Positions 57,401 to 64,000 of a DNA stretch of 64,000 nucleotides are shown here, one piece after another. The stretch spans positions 42,966,001-43,030,000 of the forward strand of contig NC_043013.1 of the NCBI RefSeq assembly GCF_006345805.1. The letters are read 5' to 3'. This DNA is from Octopus sinensis. Lineage: Eukaryota. The notes under the pieces were generated by a model that worked only from the letters and a program-made list of their open reading frames with translations, did not search any database and was not told the origin of the DNA. How positions within the stretch are numbered: position 1 is the stretch's first letter; every line of letters begins with the position of its first letter. A program made the translations under genes and the position numbers.

Positions 57401-59852
57401 CCTAAGTCTCAGGTGAGAATTATGTTAAAACATCTGGCAACAAGTCATCAGATTATAAAAGTGATGACTTAAAAAAGAAATAAAAATTCCTAATTTCAAA
57501 TTCCGGACCGATACTGTGTGGAAAGGCTGATATTGTGGAAAAGATACTAGAAAAATGAATAAAACTTCCAACGGAAGTCAATCTCAAAGAGGGAGATGTT
57601 GTGGTGAGAGTCATTGATACTCCTGGGGGATTGGAAGAATGGATTGGTCAAACTCTTAGAAAGAGTAGAAGTCAGTAATAGTGGGGCAGAGAGCGTTTTT
57701 GGTAGTTTCGCGAAGTATGTCTGTGAACACATTGATTAAAACTCCACTGCATAATTTATCTATACCAACCTGTGGCACGATATAAAGCTTTTATACTGTA
57801 AATAAATTAGTTGTGTTATTCTCCTTAGATTGTTTTATCTCTGTCTGCTGAGCTGACAAATTACACTCTTCACGGTAATATATTGTATGGGCAAGGAGTG
57901 CATTAGGACCCTTTCTGCCAATGTAATAACTAGTTAATATGTAATACAATGTCCTCATATTCAGGTGTGTGTAACTGAATTTTAGACTGAAATTTTAAAT
58001 AATACGGTTACACACACCAGTGTATATTAGTATTATGTAGTGTAGATTGATTAATTCAATGTTATGTCATACACAGTTGTGTGAAACTGTTTTAGTCTGT
58101 GTTCAGATGTGTGTAATATAGGTTTGTGTAACTGAATGATGTATAATGCTGAAGTTACTGAACTGATGTTGAATTATTTTTTTTATTTCCAGAAAGCGAA
58201 CATACTACAGACAACATGGATGAAGTTGGTGAATTTTGTCATATTTTTGCATATCAATGTCTGTCTTCTATGTATTTTCCAAATGTCACTGTTTTGTATA
58301 TTATTTTTTTGGAGGTATTTGCTCTGGCTTAGTAACAAAAATCTATTGTGTGTGCACAGGCATGGCTGTGTGGTTAAGAAGCTTACTTTGCAACCATGTG
58401 GATTCAGGTTCAGCCTTATTGCATGGCACCTTTGGCCAGTGTCCTACTAGAACACCAAGTTGTCCAATGCCTTGTTAATCTGTTTGGTTGACAGAGACTC
58501 TGTGCTTCCTGTCAGATTGTAGTATACAGAGGTGTGTGTGTATGATGTGCTTGTTTAGATTTCATCTACCAAGCCCACACCTCTGTTTTTATAAAACGAT
58601 TTACTTGTCATCCAACAACCCCCATTCCTCTGCCTATAATGCCATTTAATTTATCTTCCCTACTTTGGCATCAACCACACATTGCCTAAACAGCTCCTAT
58701 CAAGCTTCCATTGTTTCCATGAATAAAACAGTGGGAAACATTCTCCACTGGGTACATGATAATCTTTACTCATTCAGCAAAGACAGAATCATTGCACTTA
58801 TTAGGGAATAATCTTGAACTGAACCCTTTTTAGTGCTTAACCTGCAAAGTTGCAAAAACTGCTAGGATTCAGAAACACTTAGATCTCACCTGATGATCAT
58901 ACTCTACTGTGATGTGTTCACTTAGTTTACTTTAGTGTTAGAATTTCAATGTCAGTTTGATAATGCTATCCATGAAAAGGAAGTACACAGACGTACTGTG
59001 GTCATTAATAACAGTTGAATTTCATAACTGAAAAGAGCTTTACCTGTAGCACAGCAATGATCACTGTGAATCTCAAAGAAGAAAGTACTATTATTCTATA
59101 ATAATACTATAAAATTCCTTATAGTGAAAATGGAATACAGTAATAATTTAAGCATTGAATAAGAATAAGGTACTAATGGATATTACAGTGAGCAAAGGAT
59201 AAATATAGGATGATTCAGTGTTGATGGTTAACAGAAACCTGTTTTGTTTTAATTTTTAGAAAGAATCAGAGACATCTAATGTGGCATTAACAGATGTCTT
59301 CTTAAACACTACGAATACAGATGGGTACTCTTTGATCCCTGACAAAACTTCTGTGGAAGACCTTACTGAGGATCGACTGCTTTCAAGCGATACCAAACCA
59401 TCAGATATGTTGACAGATAACACCTTTGATAAAGACCAGTTTAAAGAGGAACTACCTATATCTTTAGATACGGACAAAGACACTTGTACTGATCTGCAGG
59501 TAATGAACATTTACTACAGCTATTGTTCTATTAACTAAATTACACTACTTCATAATTAGTTTTGGATTTGGCATTTTTAACTTAATAATATGTATGAAAA
59601 TAATTTTTGATTAGGTTTGGTAGTTACTTACATTTAACAGTTAACCAGTTACAAATTTCATTAACTCTTCAAACAGAAAACTATTTGAGATCCAAATATC
59701 TTCATACATTTACACAATTACATTCGATATAAAGATAAGCAATGTAATACAACTGTATGTATTTTGTTTCATCATTTGTTGCTGTTAGTCATGTCAGGTA
59801 TTTTCTTCGCTTTTTTAGGAAGAGCCTGGTGGACCATTAATGGATACCACAG
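47797..59852 (+). CDS. SAFB: SAFB/SLTM-family gene, copy B (first 7 coding exons; continues beyond the window)
   Basis: Seven exons (135, 55, 29, 52, 32, 240, 34 nt) match A exons 1-7 in order and phase, with no stops. Confidence 0.9.
48898..50823. mobile_element. 1926-bp non-autonomous fold-back DNA transposon, Merlin-like (GG ends, 8-bp TSD)
   Basis: TIR arms 48898-49516 and 50202-50823 are near-identical; exact TSD GATTTGTC at 48890-48897 and 50824-50831; arms built from ~130-155-bp subrepeats. Confidence 0.88.
51900..53420 (-). mobile_element. Decayed Ty3/gypsy pol remnant (RNase H end, integrase), split by SINEs
   Basis: [39 protein letters not shown] (HHCC), WRRLAVDVT; downstream [24 protein letters not shown]. 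Confidence 0.8.
52412..52788 (-). mobile_element. Two tandem family 2 SINE copies inserted in the gypsy remnant
   Basis: Two successive copies of the GGGGACAAACAAGGACAGAC..AATTTGAACTC core. Confidence 0.8.
53854..53908 (+). CDS. SAFB: SAFB-B exon 2
   Basis: CCACAG|[18 protein letters not shown]|GTGCAG; an alternative phase-1 donor at 53921 is possible. Confidence 0.7.
54236..54320. repeat. Perfect 33-bp-stem hairpin, 19-nt loop
   Basis: TTTATTTAAAGCAGCAGAAAATTCAACAAAACC and its exact reverse complement. Confidence 0.95.
54393..54442. repeat. (TA)n microsatellite
   Basis: Direct reading. Confidence 0.95.
54741..54769 (+). CDS. SAFB: SAFB-B exon 3 (29 nt)
   Basis: TTTTTCAG|(D)NLAALVNVE|GTGAGC. 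Confidence 0.7.
55303..55354 (+). CDS. SAFB: SAFB-B exon 4
   Basis: TTTTAG|[17 protein letters not shown]|GTAAGT. Confidence 0.8.
56495..57790 (+). mobile_element. Internally deleted Ty3/gypsy LTR retrotransposon with both LTRs
   Basis: ~180-bp direct repeats starting TGTTG at 56495 and 57597; purine tract AAAGAGGGAGA directly before the second; gag start [29 protein letters not shown] (ATG 56743); integrase-like [10 protein letters not shown]. Confidence 0.7.
58193..58224 (+). CDS. SAFB: SAFB-B exon 5 (32 nt)
   Basis: TTTCCAG|(K)[10 protein letters not shown]|GTTGGT. Confidence 0.8.
59260..59499 (+). CDS. SAFB: SAFB-B exon 6
   Basis: TTTTTAG|[43 protein letters not shown]|GTAATG. Confidence 0.9.
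59819..59852 (+). CDS. SAFB: SAFB-B exon 7 (34 nt)
   Basis: TTTTTTAG|[11 protein letters not shown]|GTATGT. Confidence 0.85.
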
Positions 59853-60721
59853 GTATGTCATTCATATGCATTAAATTTCCTAAAATTATCATTTTGTATA
59901 CTTTGGTTGACCTTAAACTGTTGAGCCATTCTCCACCTTTCAGCGAAAGTAACAAAACTCAACCAACTATAATATTCACACAAACTGAGTTTTGCCAATA
60001 ATATATACATTGTTAATGAAGGTTTCTTATAGAAGTCATATAAATTTCTAGTTTAGAATGAACTATATTGGTTCAATATATGATAGTCAACTACTACTGT
60101 AAAAACCCATGTAAATTGCGCACTTGTGATTTTCAGGATAAAATTTGTTAAAAAAAGCTTCTACTCATGTAAAATTCGCACCCAAAAGTTTTTAGAATTG
60201 CCGATATAGCTAGGGGAAAAAAGTTTTCAATTTAGTTGTATTTAGCATAATTTCACTTACTTATGATTAGATTTTATTAAATTTTCATTAAATAAAAATA
60301 ATTTCTGTTTGAAACATTGAAAGCTATTATATTACAAATTGTTTATGTTGTTTATGATAAACTTTATTTTACATTTCTTACCCACAAGAGATTATGTCCA
60401 ATCTTCAGCATACTGCTGCAGGTCTTTTCAAATCACAATCATAAGAAAAGTTGTTGATAAGAATTACCAATAAAAACAAAGCTGATAAATATCTCTGTAA
60501 CATCAAAAAGTGTAAATGAATGGCACTGATAATAAAATTTCAAGGCATTGTAAAAGCAAAAATTTTGTTTAACCTTTCCTTTTTGATAAGGATAGTCAAT
60601 TCTCCTCTGCTATAGTATATGTGGGTGTGTGTGTATGTGTAGTTTTAATTCATCAGTAGTTTTCTTTTTCATATCCTGTGTTGCAGTATCACTTGCTTGT
60701 TATTTTTGCTTCTTGTATAGT

Positions 60722-60926
60722 TTAACCCTTTAGCAATTATATTACTCTGTCAAATGCAATGCTTATTTATGCACATTGTTTTGAATTAATACTTCATTAC
60801 CTCATAGCATTGAGTTTTAGAGTGACATTGTTGTGTAGGTGTGAGATGCTGGATCTGGCCAGTTTGAATATAAAGCAGGGTGAATATTTAGACCAGATCT
60901 GGTCAGTTACAATGCTAAAGGGTTAA
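60722..60926 (-). mobile_element. piggyBac-like MITE copy
   Basis: TTAACCCTTTAGCAATT...AATGCTAAAGGGTTAA. Confidence 0.8.
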
Positions 60927-61559
60927 AATTAGATTTAGATGTATAATTTTGGATATCTACTTCTTTCATCAAATTCAGAGTTTTTCATGGGGATGCATGC
61001 CATGTTTTGAATATTGCTTTGTTGCTTTAACATAAGCTAAAGGTGACTTCATTTATAGATGAGGTGGAATAAGATTGTGTGAAATTCGTGCTTTTTATAG
61101 TGCAATAATATGAAATTGAAATATCATTTAGGAGCAGAATTAAAACCAGGATTTAGATAGTTGTCTGATCCTTATCTCTGTAACATTTGTATTGCCAATA
61201 ATTGTTGTCTGATGTAAACAAAATACTCCAGATACGTAAAGAAGAAGAATTGGAATGTTAGCTCATTCATGCCATTCCACTCTGATACCAAAACTCAAAA
61301 TATGGTTGTGAGCTTGGTTATGTAAGTTGGAGAATTAATCTGTTAATGTTTCAAGATCAAAATGTATACAAAATAGCATAAAATAATTTCTAATAATTTA
61401 TGACAACACCTGCAGAAGTAGTTGTATGAAAAGCGAATGTTAATTTTAGCGTAATTAGTAAAATAATGGATGAAAAATTGTTGATTCAAGATAATGTTTG
61501 ACAGGTCTTTTTTCAAGGAATAGAACTATTAGTTGAATTCAGAATTTTGAATCTTGTAT

Positions 61560-62080
61560 TCAGAATATATTATATATTTGTGATTGGAGATATATATATA
61601 TATAGATATCTATATACACATATACATACACACTTGTCTCCTCTTCTTACATTTCTGAACAGTAATCTATTTAAGACATGGTCATATAATGTTTTGTACA
61701 GGTATATATGTGTGGTGTGTATGTCTAAATGTGTATATGTATATATGTGTGTATATGTATATATGTGTATACACATATGTACTTACATATGTGTGTATAT
61801 GTATACTTATATATTTGTGTGTGTATATATGTCTATATATGCAGGGTGATTCAAAAGTCACCATACATAGGAAAAATTTATTTTTTTATAAGAAACAGTT
61901 AAATACAAAACTGTTTCTTATTAAAAATAGTTGCTCTTATAGCGACTTTTGAATCACCCTGTTTGTGTGCGTATATGTGTATGTGTGTGTATTTGTGTGT
62001 ATAGATATGTATATATGTGTGTGTTTATATTGTATATATAATATGATTGTACATTTTACCTTTTGTACATATGTGTGTTT
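61560..62080. repeat. Compound (TA)/(TG) low-complexity tract
   Basis: Direct reading. Confidence 0.9.
61842..61961. mobile_element. 120-bp Tc1/mariner-type MITE
   Basis: Perfect 18-bp TIR CAGGGTGATTCAAAAGTC / GACTTTTGAATCACCCTG plus an inner 13-bp stem. Confidence 0.85.
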
Positions 62081-62499
62081 TAAAACTTTACTCTGGTTTA
62101 GTCAGAGGAGGCTGCACCAATGACATTTGTAAGACACTAGGCTGGTGGAGGTAAAAGGAGATAGAAATTATGAATCCAGAGTTGCTGCTAACTACTACTT
62201 GATCCCTTAATTAACACAGTTGGAATTGGTTTTGTGTGTATTTGTTTGAAACTGGATGTCCTCCTGAGGCTATATTTCACTGGATGACTGTTCCATCTGT
62301 ATCTCTTAACAAGCACTATGCAATGGATGCTGCAGTCCGAAGCAGCGCATCAGGATACTGCGTTGTACAGAAATCTTGTTTTCAGTAATTTCAATAATTA
62401 TATATACTGGTTATGCCAGGTGTTAGTGAACACAATTTTAGCAGAGCATAAATGGAAAACAACCTAACAATTTTACAAGGCATATACCAAATTTTAACT

Positions 62500-63260
62500 T
62501 TCTCATTTCTCTTTCAGACAAATCAACAAGTCATATTCCTATCTGACATAGGAATGTAAAGGCATGCTGTGCTTGTTTCCCTAGCCACCAACTACAGTGA
62601 CTTGGAGACTGACAGCTTTTTAAATTTGGCTAATCCCTTCATGTTTAAGATCAGGAAAGAGCTAGAGACCACTGGCAAAGATGTACGAGACATTTTCAGT
62701 AGTCTTGCCTCATCAGGATGGCTATGTTCATCCAGCAAGTCCAGGACATGAACAACAGTGATTCCTTGTAAGTTGATGAGGTCCATTGCCAAGCATCTGA
62801 ATGTGGTAGCATCCACTTTAAGACATGTTGTGCATGAGGACGTCATGTACCAGTCCTAGGCGAGAGGAGAGAGCAGTTCATGTCTGGCAAAACCTAGGAG
62901 AACCAAGTATTCTGATTGAAGCATTTGCTGGACAATCTCAAGCCAAGAAACCAGTCGTTCCTTAGTTTTTCTTTGATAAATGTTGACCAGGACTAGAAGT
63001 TGAACAGTGGAAAATGACAGGTAGCTTAGCATGAAATCTGTCTTGGAACTCATGGTGATGAACATCATCTGTGATAGTCCTTTTGGTGCCATAAGTATTG
63101 AGGGCCATGTCGCACACTTCCGTCTCACTTCCCATAGAGCTTGAGGCAAGCTCTTCCTGTGGGACTATACTTCAACCAGTGTTTGGCTGCCTGAGAATAC
63201 CAAGGATTCTTTGAAGGCTACCTTTGTGAATGTGATGGGCAGCATGTTTCAGAACCACTT
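62500..63260 (+). mobile_element. Decayed Tc1/mariner-superfamily (maT/DD37D-like) transposase
   Basis: LMRSIAKHLNVVASTLRHVVHEDVMYQS*ARGEQFMSGKT*EN..LLDNLK, VDQD*KLN; many stops. Confidence 0.6.
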
Positions 63261-64000
63261 GATACTGACATAAAATCTTTCTGTGGTCACACCAAGGTCG
63301 TCATGGAGGATGGCTGGGGGTGGTTTAATGAATAACCTTCTTCTTTAATATATCTCATTGAACATGTGTACTATTTCCAGAAAATATATTTTGTCTATTT
63401 TTTAATTTTTACTTTACACTTAATTTTGTTGTAAATAACTACATGCACCCCTGTGTGTGTTTTGTGTTTGTATTCATATATCTAGATACAAAGTAGCTGA
63501 TGGAAGAGGTCATTGGAACCCCAGCATATTCTTGTGCTATTGCTTTATCTTTGAGCTGGACGCTTTTGTGACTCTCAGTGCATCTTGATGTAGGTAAAAA
63601 CTCTACATGTAGGGATCTGGCTGGCAACCAACTGATATCCTATTCCGGAACATTCGTCTTTTCTTCATTTAATGATACAGAATACTTTATTCTCTATAGA
63701 TCTGTAGAAAGTGTAATATGTATATATTAAGTACAAGTGAGAAGTCATCTTTCTGAATGACTGATGACTTAGTGATGGGTATCAAACCTACTGCAGTCAT
63801 TTTATTGCATCTCTGATAAAATTACTTGCCATTTCATAGACAGTGCACAATTATTGAAGTCTACTAAGCCAATCCTGCTTGTAGTTACACAGTCAAGTGA
63901 TACAGTACATGCTCATATATATATCGCTTGCCATTGCACAAGCAGTGTAGTATGTTCCAACGTATATCCAGATCCCGTAATTTCTGAGAGCCTGTAGCTT

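Noticed and set aside
60094-60600. pogo/Tigger-like element
   Set aside because: The start TACTGTAAAAACCCATGTAAATTGCGCAC is suggestive, but I found no matching second TIR or convincing transposase motif
62518-62550. SAFB-B exon 8 after TCTCTTTCAG
   Set aside because: The phase-1 frame hits TGA after 8 codons and has no similarity to A exon 8; it lies at the edge of a transposase remnant, so the true exon 8 is probably beyond the window

Overview
AT-rich (eukaryotic, intron-dominated) animal DNA; the SINE/MITE families and microsatellite style point to an octopus (inference, not verified). The window holds a head-to-tail tandem pair of SAFB/SLTM-family (scaffold attachment factor B) genes on the + strand. 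Copy A is complete: I assembled 20 coding exons by hand (8893-43119, all GT-AG, phases compatible, 3060 nt = 1019 aa + stop; SAP domain, acidic disordered region, RRM, R/E-rich coil, G/N-rich tail). Copy B starts at 47797; its first 7 exons match A in order and phase, and it runs off the window. Upstream of A is an intact, isolated 268-aa Ty3/gypsy-type Gag ORF with a splice acceptor in front, a phased -1 slippery site, and no pol or LTR pair: a candidate domesticated capsid gene. Introns are full of decayed transposons (mariner, Tc1, maT-like, Helitron, RTE LINE, gypsy), SINEs and MITEs, plus many fold-back structures. These include a 1.93-kb element with ~620-bp terminal inverted repeats, GG ends and an 8-bp TSD in intron 1 of B, and an older relative in intron 1 of A. 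No rRNA, true tRNA or CRISPR array was found. All coordinates were counted by eye; repeat boundaries are approximate.
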